Of a stretch of 64,000 bases of DNA, positions 36,446 to 46,418 are shown in pieces (position 1 is the stretch's first letter; every line of letters starts with the position of its first letter). The DNA is from Escherichia phage vB_EcoM_G2285. The stretch is from the sequence record MK327933.1, one strand, 5' to 3'. The position numbers were made by a program, and so were the translations under genes. Under the pieces are notes generated by a model. The model ran no database searches. It worked only from the letters and a program-made list of their open reading frames with translations, and was not told the DNA's origin.

Positions 36446-37340
36446 TTAGGTTTCCTATTAGCATAATAATTTGTCCAAGACCGGATAGCACCTTGGTATG
36501 ATTCATCATTAAAACCATGCTGAATTGCATGTTTTCTAAATGTAATATAACTTGGTTTTCCTAAAGCAATCCACAATTCCTTTAATTTTTGTTCATGAAA
36601 TATCCATGTACCTCTAGCTTTAGATTTTCTGAATTTATCCTTAAATTCTTTGGTTGCATTTCTTTTCGAAGCTGCGATAGAGGCCTTTGCTCTATTTTCA
36701 GGTTTAGACCAATACAATGTTTTAGATATTTTTATTTTATCTTTAACATTAGGAGAATTCATTATATCTTTAAATTTTAAAGCAAAATCTCTATCGCTAA
36801 ACATTTTTTAGAACGAATAGAAACTTTCTCTCTTCGTTCTTTGGTCCAATATGTTTTTTGAAATTCTCTAATTGCGTTTAAATGATTCTCCGACAATTTG
36901 CAATTTTTTCTAACACCGACGTAATCTTCATTTATTTCGTTTTTAGAAAGTTTTACTATTTTGCCTGTTTTTAAATTTTTATACGGTGCGTATCCTTTAG
37001 CTGATATTCTAGACTTCTCGTTAGCATAAGCCTTATTAAAATATTTTTCATTTGAAACGGCTTTAACATTGAGTTGGAATAGTCTTTCTATTCTTCTAGG
37101 GTCTAATGTGGTTTCGCCTAAAATTTTTACAGAATATTCGCCTTGGTCTATTAATCTGTTATATAAAGGAGAATACGAGGAATTAACACTACCGGTATAT
37201 ATTTTACCGGTAGAATCTTCAATAATATCCTTTCCATTAAAATGACACGAAACTTTAGAACCTATATAATAACACGGGTATTCATTTTTAATCTCACGAT
37301 TATAAAAGGTTATAAGATATATTAAATTCATAATTATCAA
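36442..37340 (-). pseudogene. Seg-like GIY-YIG homing endonuclease split into two overlapping ORFs (36777-37340 catalytic domain; 36442-36804 DNA-binding domain)
   Basis: N-terminal ORF has YLITFYNREIKNEYPCYYIGSK GIY-YIG motif; C-terminal ORF aligns to C-terminus of the 5476-6159 endonuclease (W..L..LW..L.KP..F.K..I..GF..SY); frames differ. Confidence 0.5.
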
Positions 37341-37753
37341 GCAGCAACCATTTGCTTTTTAATAGCTTCAGGCAGTGATTCAATATATTCTGGAATTTTA
37401 GAAGCAACAATTTCGCCAGCTGCAATTAGTTGTTCGTCGGCATCAACACAGTAAAAATCTTCAAGGCGTTCAGAACCGTCTTTATCAAGAACGATTTTAG
37501 CACCTGCTTCGATAGAATCTTTATAGTGCTTACGCATCAAATGAATCCACATATCAGACACATCGTTATCAATAAAACCATAAATCATGAAACGAGTTTC
37601 TTGTGGAAGAGATTGAAGCTTTTTAGCACTTGCGTCATCACAATGCAGGACCCATGCTTTACGAACACGATTATGGTTATGTGGGTTAGCGTCAGTACGG
37701 ATAGAAGTAACTTTCAGATCAGCAGCAGTGAAACCTTTAGCAGTAGTAAACAT
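37337..37753 (-). CDS. hypothetical protein
   Basis: 138 aa ORF. Confidence 0.5.
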   Translation of the reverse strand: MFTTAKGFTAADLKVTSIRTDANPHNHNRVRKAWVLHCDDASAKKLQSLPQETRFMIYGFIDNDVSDMWIHLMRKHYKDSIEAGAKIVLDKDGSERLEDFYCVDADEQLIAAGEIVASKIPEYIESLPEAIKKQMVAA

Positions 37754-37765
37754 ATTATTTCTCTC

Positions 37766-37957
37766 TTATTCGTAGAAGTCGGTAACTGTCCATGCGGAAT
37801 TGCGATTAGACATTATTTTATTATACTCATCTTTAAAAGCAGATTCGAGCATTTGTTCAGTAACAATATGTTCTTCACCTGAAAACGTATTGGTCAAAAC
37901 ATATTTTTTAATTTCAGGGACAACAAGAAGATGTTGACCAGTTGAATACTCCGCCAT
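37766..37957 (-). CDS. hypothetical small protein
   Basis: 63 aa ORF. Confidence 0.4.
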   Translation of the reverse strand: MAEYSTGQHLLVVPEIKKYVLTNTFSGEEHIVTEQMLESAFKDEYNKIMSNRNSAWTVTDFYE

Positions 37958-38034
37958 TATAAATCTCCGAGATTAAAGCAATATAAATAGGTTTATCAAT
38001 TTATCTGTTGCTGTATCAAATAAGGATTTAGTAA

Positions 38035-38751
38035 ATGAATTATAACTCAATATACGAAAAGCTTATCACCAATGCTAAATCAAGAAGTTTAGATGGTTAT
38101 ACAGAACGTCATCACATTATACCACAATGTTTAGGTGGAAGTGATGATGCTTTAAACTTAGTAGACTTAACACCGGAAGAACATTATTTGGCACATCAAC
38201 TGTTGGTAAAAATCCATCCAGATAATGCCTCTTTAATATATGCTGCTCGTATGATGACTATCTCATCTCCTAAAGCAGATAGAAGCAAAAACAAATTATT
38301 TGGATGGCTTCGACGTAAGAATCAAGAAGTTCAAAAGAACAAAGAATTCACTGCTGAAACTCGTAAGAAAATGTCCGAGTCGGCAAAAAATAAACCAAAG
38401 ATTACATGTCCACACTGCGGTTTAACCGGCACTGAAGGAAACATGAGACGTTGGCATTTTGATAACTGTAAACAAGGCCCTACGCCTAAAATAGTAAAAC
38501 TTGATCAAGAAACAAAGGATAAAATAATTAAAACCATGGCCACGAAAATTTGGAAAGAAGATTCTTGCCCGTTTTGTGGCTTAACTACTAAGTTATCGGC
38601 GTTAAAGCCGCATATAAAATTCTGTAAATCAAATCCTAACAGAAAGAAAAAAGAGGACAAGAAAATTAAATGTCCTCATTGCGATAAAATAGGGATCCCT
38701 GCTAATATGCGTCGTTGGCATTTTGATAACTGTAAACATAAGCCTCATTAA
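38035..38751 (+). CDS. HNH homing endonuclease (Mob-like) with three zinc-finger repeats
   Basis: ERHHIIPQCLGGSDDALNLVDLTPEEHYLAH HNH motif; three CPHCG/CPFCG..MRRWHFDNCK repeats; plus strand among minus genes. Confidence 0.8.
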   Translation: MNYNSIYEKLITNAKSRSLDGYTERHHIIPQCLGGSDDALNLVDLTPEEHYLAHQLLVKIHPDNASLIYAARMMTISSPKADRSKNKLFGWLRRKNQEVQKNKEFTAETRKKMSESAKNKPKITCPHCGLTGTEGNMRRWHFDNCKQGPTPKIVKLDQETKDKIIKTMATKIWKEDSCPFCGLTTKLSALKPHIKFCKSNPNRKKKEDKKIKCPHCDKIGIPANMRRWHFDNCKHKPH

Positions 38752-40436
38752 GAGGCTTTCATTACAGTAAATCGTCCAACTTTGCTCATTTGCAAATGCT
38801 GTCCATAAGCTTGTGGGTCATGGTCTCTGTGACTAATTATAAACACGTTTGCATCGGTTAGAGAGTTAAGAATTGTTGAAATAGCTTTAATACCTTCAGA
38901 ATCAGTCGCGGAATCCATGACTTCGTCCATAATTAATGTATTGATTCTAACACCAGAGACCTTTTCAGCAATATCTCGCCATGTAAACAACAACGCGATA
39001 TCAATACGTGCTTTTTCACCTTGACTAAATGAAGCATAACTGAACTCTTCACGGCCACGTGATTTTATAGATTCGTTGAATTCTTCGTCAATAGAAAACA
39101 CGTAATCAGCTTCCATGATTTTAAGATAATGGTTAATCTGCTTGTTGAACAGAGGCACATATTTTTTAATGATAGCACCTTTAATACCAGAATCTTTTAA
39201 CATATCTGTAATAATACCACGATGGTATTTTTCAAGAACGATATCTGATTTTGTTTTAATGATTTTATCAAGTTCTTTTTGAAGCAAAGCTATCTCATCG
39301 GCATGGTCGATAAATTCTGCTGAGGCTTGCTCTATTGCAGCTTTAACTTTCTTAGCTTTATCAATAGTGGCAATCATTGCTTGTTTCTTGGTACGAATAT
39401 CAGATGCAAGGTCCTGTTTAGTCTTAACATTAGCTCTATATTCGTCCACTAGGACACTCAGATTATCTCTGTGACATGTAAGTTGCTCGAATGAGTGATT
39501 ACATTCATGAAGCTTATCGGTAATCTTAGAGACAATAGGATCACCCTGGTGCAACTGTGATGCACAAGTAGGACATGTGCCACCGTCATGATACATCTTA
39601 ATAACTTTGTTATATGAGTCGATTTTAGATTTAATCAAGAATGCTTCTTGTCCTATCTTGTTGAATGCCTCAGTAGGGTCTTCGTCAAGAACGATATTAA
39701 GTAGACGCTCGTTAGCTTCTTCAATTTCTGCTTTTAATGAACGAGCTTCTTTGGCTAGGTCGTCATACATATTCTGTAGACGCGCTACATTATCACCAGA
39801 TAATTTCTTTTGACGTTCGATATTCTCGTTATAAATCTTAATTTGTTGGATAACACCATCTTTCTTGGCATCGAGAACTTGTCCCTGGGAATTAAGTTCT
39901 CGAACTTGAGACTTATTGATTTTATCCATTTCAGCGAGTGTGCCGACTTCTAAAAGGTCTTCGACAAGTTTTCTACGAGCAGGGGTGCTAAGAGCCATGA
40001 AAGGGGTATACCCTGCCGTCCCAAGCACAACGATCTGTTTAAAAGACGCGTATGACATTCCGATGCTACGTTCAAATTCTTCTTGGAAGTCACGACTGCT
40101 GGCAGATTCATCAAGACGAACACCGTCAACGGAGATTTCGAAAATATTGGGCTTTTGGCCACGTCTAATGAAGTATTTTTTATCATCGAATTCCATCCAA
40201 AGCTCAACTAAGAGCTCTTTCTTGTTCGTGCTATTAATGATTTGTCCTTTCTTAACATCACGAAATGGTTTACCGAAAAGTCCGAAAGTAATGGCTTCTA
40301 ACATCGTAGATTTACCACCGCCATTTTTACCTGTGATTAAGGTCTTTTGGACTTTATCTAATTGGATATCGATAAAATTTTGCCCAACAGACATTATATT
40401 TTTATAACGAACACGATTTAATTTAAATGTTTTCAT
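38748..40436 (-). CDS. 46: recombination endonuclease subunit (Rad50/SbcC-like)
   Basis: 562 aa; Walker A GKNGGGKST, coiled-coil middle, C-terminal D-loop region LIMDEVMDS. Confidence 0.9.
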   Translation of the reverse strand: MKTFKLNRVRYKNIMSVGQNFIDIQLDKVQKTLITGKNGGGKSTMLEAITFGLFGKPFRDVKKGQIINSTNKKELLVELWMEFDDKKYFIRRGQKPNIFEISVDGVRLDESASSRDFQEEFERSIGMSYASFKQIVVLGTAGYTPFMALSTPARRKLVEDLLEVGTLAEMDKINKSQVRELNSQGQVLDAKKDGVIQQIKIYNENIERQKKLSGDNVARLQNMYDDLAKEARSLKAEIEEANERLLNIVLDEDPTEAFNKIGQEAFLIKSKIDSYNKVIKMYHDGGTCPTCASQLHQGDPIVSKITDKLHECNHSFEQLTCHRDNLSVLVDEYRANVKTKQDLASDIRTKKQAMIATIDKAKKVKAAIEQASAEFIDHADEIALLQKELDKIIKTKSDIVLEKYHRGIITDMLKDSGIKGAIIKKYVPLFNKQINHYLKIMEADYVFSIDEEFNESIKSRGREEFSYASFSQGEKARIDIALLFTWRDIAEKVSGVRINTLIMDEVMDSATDSEGIKAISTILNSLTDANVFIISHRDHDPQAYGQHLQMSKVGRFTVMKAS

Positions 40437-40681
40437 ATGTATTCTCTTCGAATGAAGTCCTCTACATATTTTAACATGTCATCTCTATCAGCAAAATATT
40501 CATCTAGTTCTGCATACATAACAACACCTGGTGCGTACTCACAGGTAACATACATTGTTCCAAAGAAACGAGGAGTTGATTCCTCGTAATTCTCGGTCCA
40601 TTCAACAATACCAATATAACCGTCACCAATACTAAATTCATGACGATGGATTTCATAATCAGTCTTCGTCATTATACGCAT
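40433..40681 (-). CDS. hypothetical small protein
   Basis: 82 aa ORF. Confidence 0.45.
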   Translation of the reverse strand: MRIMTKTDYEIHRHEFSIGDGYIGIVEWTENYEESTPRFFGTMYVTCEYAPGVVMYAELDEYFADRDDMLKYVEDFIRREYI

Positions 40682-40916
40682 CCTCGATACACGCTTCAGC
40701 CATTTTAAGAATAGAACCAGGAGTATCGTTGTCCATTATATTAAAGCTAAATTCAATAGCCCAGTCGGTGCAGACATGAACTGCTTTAACTTCATTGCCT
40801 TCAACGCGTAATGGCTCAATCCAATACTTAATAGTGTTCTCGAATCCATCATCATCTTTAACGTCCATTTCAACTTCAAGCCTGAGTCCAGCATTGTTAA
40901 ATTCATCTAAAGTCAT
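40659..40916 (-). CDS. hypothetical small protein
   Basis: 85 aa acidic ORF. Confidence 0.45.
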   Translation of the reverse strand: MTLDEFNNAGLRLEVEMDVKDDDGFENTIKYWIEPLRVEGNEVKAVHVCTDWAIEFSFNIMDNDTPGSILKMAEACIEDAYNDED

Positions 40917-41932
40917 TGTGTTGCCTCAATATAAAGTTCGTTGGAATATTTGACCAGCGCTTCTCTGTCTTCGTCTGAGATATCTGGAATCGCGTCAATA
41001 TATTCTTTAATGATATCTTGAAGTGATTTAATCTCGATTTCCTGGTCGTCATCAGATTCAACACTGTTATCAACTTTAGAAACCATACGAAGAGAGTGAA
41101 CTACTTTTTCAAGTTCAGATTCAAACTTAGTCAACTCTGAATCAATTTCTGATACTATAACACGTACGGCTAGATTAGTATAATCAGAATAATTGATTTT
41201 GCCTTTAAACGGATAAGTGATTCGTCGATGCCATGTTGTTTCGTTAGGAATAAATTCCATACGTTCAACATCAGTGTCAAATACCCAGAATCCGCGCGGG
41301 TCGTTCTCATCACCTGCAGTAAGGGTCCACGGTGTCCCAATATATTTGACGTTAGCAGCTTCAGAGATTGTGTGGAAGTGGCCGGACCAGACTTGTTTAT
41401 AGGTCTTTAAGAAATCAGGTTCAAGCCCATGAGACTTCATTCCTTTATAGAAATAAAAGCCATTCAGTTCCCAGTGCCCAACACAATACGCTGCGGAAGA
41501 AGTCTTGATGTGCTCTAAGATTTCACCTGTATTTTCTTCACACATCCATGGAACGATATCAATCAGACATCCGTCAAAATCTACAGTAGTTGGATGTTCA
41601 TAAATAGTAAAGTTTTCAAATTGAGTTAACAATTCAGAAACAGTGTTAGGTGTTATTGTATTCTTAAACGCCATGTCATGGTTTCCTATCGTGACATGAA
41701 CGTGAATGCCTGCTTTAGAAATCATACCAACGATTTCACGATTGAATTCCATTGTACGATGTGTTATTGCTTTACGGACGTCAAACCAATCGCCGTACTG
41801 AATCCAAGTTTTAATCCCGTGTTTCTTAGAGTATTCAATTGCTTGACGAATACCATCACGTTGAATATCTTGAACCCATGGGTCGTCTTGTTTGACTCCG
41901 ATATGGAAGTCGCCTAAGTGCAAAATTTTCAT
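40913..41932 (-). CDS. 47: recombination endonuclease subunit (Mre11/SbcD-like)
   Basis: 339 aa; MKILHLGDFHIG phosphoesterase motif I, GNHD motif. Confidence 0.92.
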   Translation of the reverse strand: MKILHLGDFHIGVKQDDPWVQDIQRDGIRQAIEYSKKHGIKTWIQYGDWFDVRKAITHRTMEFNREIVGMISKAGIHVHVTIGNHDMAFKNTITPNTVSELLTQFENFTIYEHPTTVDFDGCLIDIVPWMCEENTGEILEHIKTSSAAYCVGHWELNGFYFYKGMKSHGLEPDFLKTYKQVWSGHFHTISEAANVKYIGTPWTLTAGDENDPRGFWVFDTDVERMEFIPNETTWHRRITYPFKGKINYSDYTNLAVRVIVSEIDSELTKFESELEKVVHSLRMVSKVDNSVESDDDQEIEIKSLQDIIKEYIDAIPDISDEDREALVKYSNELYIEATQ

Positions 41933-41974
41933 ATTATTTCCTCATTAGTTAATTCATTCTATCATCCGTTTATA

Positions 41975-42002
41975 AAGCAAAAAAGGAACTCCGAAGAGTT
42001 CC
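41975..42002 (-). terminator. rho-independent terminator
   Basis: minus GGAACTC-TTCG-GAGTTCC followed by TTTTTTGCTT. Confidence 0.7.
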
Positions 42003-42175
42003 TATCCACATAGTACACCGTACAGAGGCTCATTTGAACTTTTAAATCGAATGGGCTTGTATGTAATAGTTCCTTCGGCTTTAGCTTTATCATAAGACTC
42101 TTTAAAACGTCTCATTCTTTCTGCTTTGCCTTTACGGATTTTATCGAAATTTTCAGAAGTCGGGATGTTCGTCAT
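42002..42175 (-). CDS. 57 aa basic protein, absent from ORF track
   Basis: hand translation MTNIPTSENFDKIRKGKAERMRRFKESYDKAKAEGTITYKPIRFKSSNEPLYGVLCG. Confidence 0.4.
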   Translation of the reverse strand: MTNIPTSENFDKIRKGKAERMRRFKESYDKAKAEGTITYKPIRFKSSNEPLYGVLCG

Positions 42176-42214
42176 GCATAAGCACCTCTCAGAAAATACC
42201 TAAATCGATTTCTC

Positions 42215-42436
42215 TCATCGTTTCCACCATTTCTTAACTTGAAATGAATCGACCCACACGAGTTGTTTTGGGTCTGCCTTTACAATAGGCGGACAAATTT
42301 CTGTAATAGAACCGTCGTGATATTCCTTTTCAGAAATTTTAACACAAAGAGGACCTCCCAATTTAAGGGTGAACCCGGCGTTCAGCTTCAGACGTTTAAA
42401 CTTTGTTTGAACTAGCGCCATTAATGATGTCCTCAA
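42215..42436 (-). CDS. hypothetical small protein
   Basis: 73 aa ORF in the slot where T4 has alpha-glucosyltransferase. Confidence 0.4.
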   Translation of the reverse strand: MRTSLMALVQTKFKRLKLNAGFTLKLGGPLCVKISEKEYHDGSITEICPPIVKADPKQLVWVDSFQVKKWWKR

Positions 42437-42719
42437 TAGCCTGACGAGTAGTAACCCACTGGATTTTAATTAACTTGTCATTGTATGGTTGTCGTAGAAT
42501 ATCCCGAGATTTCTTAATAGCATATTCGTAAGCTTCGAAGTTGTTTTGAATTGCTGCTTCTTGAGCATGAGCATAAAGACGGTTTAGTTCAAAACGATTC
42601 TTTTTAAGAATCTTTTCGGATTTTTTACGTGCTTCAGCTTCATTTTTCTTTTGGATTTCTTGTAGCATTTTAGCTACTGCATCTTCTGCTTCTTTATTTT
42701 CAATAATCTCGGTAGTCAT
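42396..42719 (-). CDS. hypothetical protein
   Basis: 107 aa ORF. Confidence 0.45.
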   Translation of the reverse strand: MTTEIIENKEAEDAVAKMLQEIQKKNEAEARKKSEKILKKNRFELNRLYAHAQEAAIQNNFEAYEYAIKKSRDILRQPYNDKLIKIQWVTTRQAIEDIINGASSNKV

Positions 42720-42720
42720 A

Positions 42721-42936
42721 TTATCTCATTAAATTAAAATAAAAACGTCCATCCTCTTCAATACAGAACTCATACTCAACCGGAGTCCCATTTATCGAAA
42801 ATGACACGTCATGTGGGTTCAAAGGGTCGATGTCAAAATTAATTTTAAATTCACGACCCAACAGTTTTACCAAATAAGGGATTGCTTCGTCAAAAGGTTC
42901 TTCTAAGTAGTTAGAGATGTCAATTGTCATCCTCAT
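42721..42936 (-). CDS. hypothetical small protein
   Basis: start set at internal Met to avoid overlap with gp55. Confidence 0.4.
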   Translation of the reverse strand: MRMTIDISNYLEEPFDEAIPYLVKLLGREFKINFDIDPLNPHDVSFSINGTPVEYEFCIEEDGRFYFNLMR

Positions 42937-43495
42937 ATAAAAAATCCAAACTAGGCGAATCGCTAACAACTTCCTTCTTTTCAGCCCCAGGAGCTTTATA
43001 AGCGGATTCTTCATAATGCGTCATTTTATCGTAGATGTCTTGAATAAACGTTTCATCTACCAACGCTACCATATCATCGTCATGACTGTCGTAGACATTA
43101 TGAACGAAGTAACTATATTTCTTTGCAACTTCCTTACGTTCTTTTTTGATACGTTGGACAAAAGCATTAAAACAAGCTCGAGTTATGTATGCATGTGGGT
43201 TATTGTACTTAGTTTCGTCGAAATTATGAAGTCCCTTAATAGAGGCTTCAATCCCATCTGCAATCATCTCCTGCTTCCAAGACTGGGTATATCCTGAAAA
43301 GTTGAAACGTTTGGACAGGCCTTCGGCGATAAGCATAATTGCTAAACCGATGGTATCATTCTGACGAATAATTTTGTTTGGGTCTTTATTATTTAAGAGC
43401 TCCTTTTTCCACTCGATTATGGCGGCGAGAAGCTCTTTATTATTCACATAGTTATTTTTAGGTTTTTGTTCAGTCATAAGTACCTCTTGGCTCAA
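42920..43495 (-). CDS. 55: late-transcription sigma factor
   Basis: [43 protein letters not shown] matches recalled T4 gp55. Confidence 0.92.
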   Translation of the reverse strand: MSQEVLMTEQKPKNNYVNNKELLAAIIEWKKELLNNKDPNKIIRQNDTIGLAIMLIAEGLSKRFNFSGYTQSWKQEMIADGIEASIKGLHNFDETKYNNPHAYITRACFNAFVQRIKKERKEVAKKYSYFVHNVYDSHDDDMVALVDETFIQDIYDKMTHYEESAYKAPGAEKKEVVSDSPSLDFLYEDDN

Positions 43496-43632
43496 TTCAT
43501 AGGTCTATTATATCATAATATTTAGAGACCTATCTTAAAGCACGAGATACTATCAAAGATACGTGACTTTCATAAAGTTGTCGACTTAAAATTCGCCCGG
43601 CTTTTCTTCAGTTATACTGATTCGAGTTAATT

Positions 43633-43860
43633 TCATTCTAGTTCCTTTGCTGCTTCAAGAGCAGCATCCAACGAATCAAATTGGTCAACGAAATCAATAT
43701 TCAACGCATCGTCAACCGTAGCATATAACCACCATTGTTTGAATTCGTATTCTAGAATAAATCCAGGACCTTCAATCTGAGGAAGACCTAGACTATTTGT
43801 ACCAACTTCGTAACCAGCTAGACGCAGGTCATTAATCAAAGTTTCTGTTAATACGCTCAT
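43633..43860 (-). CDS. hypothetical small protein
   Basis: 75 aa acidic ORF. Confidence 0.45.
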   Translation of the reverse strand: MSVLTETLINDLRLAGYEVGTNSLGLPQIEGPGFILEYEFKQWWLYATVDDALNIDFVDQFDSLDAALEAAKELE

Positions 43861-44189
43861 TTTACCGCCTTAACAATTTTAAGGTCAACGAATTTTTTCT
43901 TACGTTGATTTTTCATACGACGGATAGTCTTTTCAGAGATTTCATGTTTCTGATAAGCTTTAGATTCAACACCAAATGCAGCAACGTCAAATTCAGAAAG
44001 AATATATTGTACTAGAATTTCACGAATAGAATTACGTCCAATTTTCTGGTCGTGTTTTTGCATGATTTCATAAAGACGGAATTCCCACGCATCAAGAACT
44101 TGAGGAGTAACAATATTGCCAGATTCCAGAAGAGCAACAACTTTATCGAAAGCGAAAGAATTAACTACGTTTTTGATTTTAGTAGACAT
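43857..44189 (-). CDS. hypothetical protein
   Basis: start set at ATG with SD GAGGAAAA. Confidence 0.45.
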   Translation of the reverse strand: MSTKIKNVVNSFAFDKVVALLESGNIVTPQVLDAWEFRLYEIMQKHDQKIGRNSIREILVQYILSEFDVAAFGVESKAYQKHEISEKTIRRMKNQRKKKFVDLKIVKAVK

Positions 44190-44258
44190 ATTATTTTCCT
44201 CGGTTATTTTATTATCCAATGAGAGCATTATACTCTGCTCTCAAGAGTTTGTAAATCG

Positions 44259-44471
44259 TTATCCGAACTTTTTAGCGCCTTTCCAGCCTTCGTACATAAC
44301 TGCACAAGTCAGTAGTACAGCGTGCTGGCATTCTTTGTATTTGTAAATCCAGAACCAGCGTAAGAAGTCTTCATCCTCAACGCCGTTGAGTTTCATATTG
44401 GCAAAGAATTCGGCACGTTCTTCACGAAGCTTTTGCGATAACATAGATTCAGGATTCATTTTGTGTTCCAC
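44259..44471 (-). CDS. hypothetical small protein
   Basis: 70 aa ORF. Confidence 0.4.
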   Translation of the reverse strand: MEHKMNPESMLSQKLREERAEFFANMKLNGVEDEDFLRWFWIYKYKECQHAVLLTCAVMYEGWKGAKKFG

Positions 44472-44683
44472 ACCCCATTTTCATCGATGAACTTAATCCA
44501 GTCATTTACAGACCATTTAGTTGTATCGCCCTTTGGATTAACATTTAAAGTATATAATCCCTGCTTAAAAAGCATTCGTTTGATATTCATAATTTCCTCA
44601 ACTGTAACGATAACATTCGTTAGCTTTACGTTTGGCTTCAGTATGAGAAGTATTATAATCATACTCTTCTTTACTGTAAACAT
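44456..44683 (-). CDS. hypothetical small protein
   Basis: 75 aa ORF. Confidence 0.4.
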   Translation of the reverse strand: MFTVKKSMIIILLILKPNVKLTNVIVTVEEIMNIKRMLFKQGLYTLNVNPKGDTTKWSVNDWIKFIDENGVWNTK

Positions 44684-44918
44684 CTTTTTTCAACTTACGA
44701 ACTTCTTTGCGGAGTTGTCGATTCATTTCATTCTTGACTTCAGAATCAACGCCTTTCATACGTTTCCATTTATCTGAGCGGAAAATGTTTTCAACCATGT
44801 CTTTGTGGCTAACACCGTCAGGAGCTTTACGTTTACCAAAATAGTCATAATCACGAACTTTCAAATCTTTACGACGATACGTTTTACCCATAGCTACCTC
44901 AGAGGTTGATTGATACAA
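44598..44918 (-). CDS. hypothetical basic protein (start probably internal)
   Basis: 106 aa track ORF overlaps previous ORF. Confidence 0.35.
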   Translation of the reverse strand: MYQSTSEVAMGKTYRRKDLKVRDYDYFGKRKAPDGVSHKDMVENIFRSDKWKRMKGVDSEVKNEMNRQLRKEVRKLKKDVYSKEEYDYNTSHTEAKRKANECYRYS

Positions 44919-45309
44919 CGCGTTTGATAAAATTCACTTCACTTACTGAAAGGTCTTTAAGACCGATTGATTCTAAACGCTGAATAAAAGTCAACATTGG
45001 GATATAGTCCCAATGTGTTTTAGACGTTTGATAAGTACGGACGCCATTAGCAATTTCAACGTTCAAATCGGAAATGGTAATGAATATCGGACGTTCGTTA
45101 TTTACATTAAGAGATAGAACAACTTTCTTCGAATTCAGACTAATCATTTTGTTTTCCTCTGTAGTAGATGATGCTAATCTTAACATATCTATCGAGGATG
45201 TAAACTGTTTTATGAAAATATTTTTGATTTGAGAGGGGCACAAGGAGATAGTGAAGTGAAGATTCCAATGGATTATATTAGAAATGAGATAAAGAAGACC
45301 AGGCGGCAC
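44899..45309 (-). CDS. hypothetical protein
   Basis: 136 aa ORF. Confidence 0.45.
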   Translation of the reverse strand: MPPGLLYLISNIIHWNLHFTISLCPSQIKNIFIKQFTSSIDMLRLASSTTEENKMISLNSKKVVLSLNVNNERPIFITISDLNVEIANGVRTYQTSKTHWDYIPMLTFIQRLESIGLKDLSVSEVNFIKRVVSINL

Positions 45310-45313
45310 CTGG

Positions 45314-45622
45314 TCAATCTTCTATGATATCAGAGTCATATCCTAATGAAATCAAGGACTTTTTAAACTCTGCAATATTCTTTTGTTTCTTATCATTTAA
45401 AAATATGACAGGATAACGAATATTAAGTGAAGTGAATCCAGCACGTTTAGCAAGAGATACGATTAAAGGACGGTCATATTCAATCTTACCATTATTAGTG
45501 AGGACTTTATAAAATGTATAAGGAGCATTGAGCTCCTTTAAAAGTTTTGTAACAGTATAACATCCTGGACAACGTCCAACTTCTTCAGGGATGCCATAGA
45601 TTTCAATCTTGTTGTGTTCCAC
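45314..45622 (-). CDS. nrdH: glutaredoxin-like protein NrdH
   Basis: 102 aa; CPGC redox motif near N-terminus; adjacent to nrdG/nrdD. Confidence 0.75.
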   Translation of the reverse strand: MEHNKIEIYGIPEEVGRCPGCYTVTKLLKELNAPYTFYKVLTNNGKIEYDRPLIVSLAKRAGFTSLNIRYPVIFLNDKKQKNIAEFKKSLISLGYDSDIIED

Positions 45623-45624
45623 AA

Positions 45625-45837
45625 TTATTCCTTGCCAAGAACAGAATTCAGTTTATTAGTAATTTTGTCCAAACGTTCATTGAATTCGCTGGAGGATAAA
45701 CCCTTTTCCGGAGAAATTAAACTAATCACGAAAAATACAACAGTAAAAGGAATAAGAAAAATAGCTCCAACTGCCATAAACAAAAAGAACGTTACAGTTG
45801 TAAGAAAATCAGCTAAACCTTTACGAAATTTATACAT
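45625..45837 (-). CDS. small membrane protein
   Basis: 70 aa, two hydrophobic segments. Confidence 0.45.
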   Translation of the reverse strand: MYKFRKGLADFLTTVTFFLFMAVGAIFLIPFTVVFFVISLISPEKGLSSSEFNERLDKITNKLNSVLGKE

Positions 45838-45947
45838 ATTTACCCTTAATTAACTAAGCATTGATAAGCACTAAACTATATTGCGAATAAAATTCTGGAC
45901 CAAAACGAAAAATCATATCATTTATAGTATCCATAATGTAATTCAAT

Positions 45948-46418
45948 TTAATCATGTTTCCACACCCCATTGGTATTTAACCAAAGTCGCTGATTATCTG
46001 ATCCTCGCCACAGCTTTTTAGTCGGAAGATTTTTCTCATACTTCCCATCAATAATAACATCAACATATTTAAGCATTTCTAGCTGTTTAATATCTTCAAA
46101 CTTATATCCTGTCCACAACCAAATGCTTTTATTGGGATAAAGATTTTTTACTGTTTGAACAATGCAATGAATAACATCTCGGTTATCAGGATAGAGAGGG
46201 TCACCTCCGGTTATAGTCAATCCTTCTATATAATCATTATTCAAACATTCAATTAATTGTTCTAGTGTTTCACCAGTGAATGGAATACCATTTCTAGCAT
46301 TCCATGTTGATTTATTATAACACCCTTCACATTTATGCAAACAACCTGTAACGAAAAGAACGACCCTGCAACCAGGGCCATTCACAAAATCGCAAGGATA
46401 AAATCTATCATAATTCAT
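45948..46418 (-). CDS. nrdG: anaerobic ribonucleotide reductase activating protein (radical SAM)
   Basis: 156 aa; C-x3-C-x2-C motif TGCLHKCEGCYN. Confidence 0.88.
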   Translation of the reverse strand: MNYDRFYPCDFVNGPGCRVVLFVTGCLHKCEGCYNKSTWNARNGIPFTGETLEQLIECLNNDYIEGLTITGGDPLYPDNRDVIHCIVQTVKNLYPNKSIWLWTGYKFEDIKQLEMLKYVDVIIDGKYEKNLPTKKLWRGSDNQRLWLNTNGVWKHD

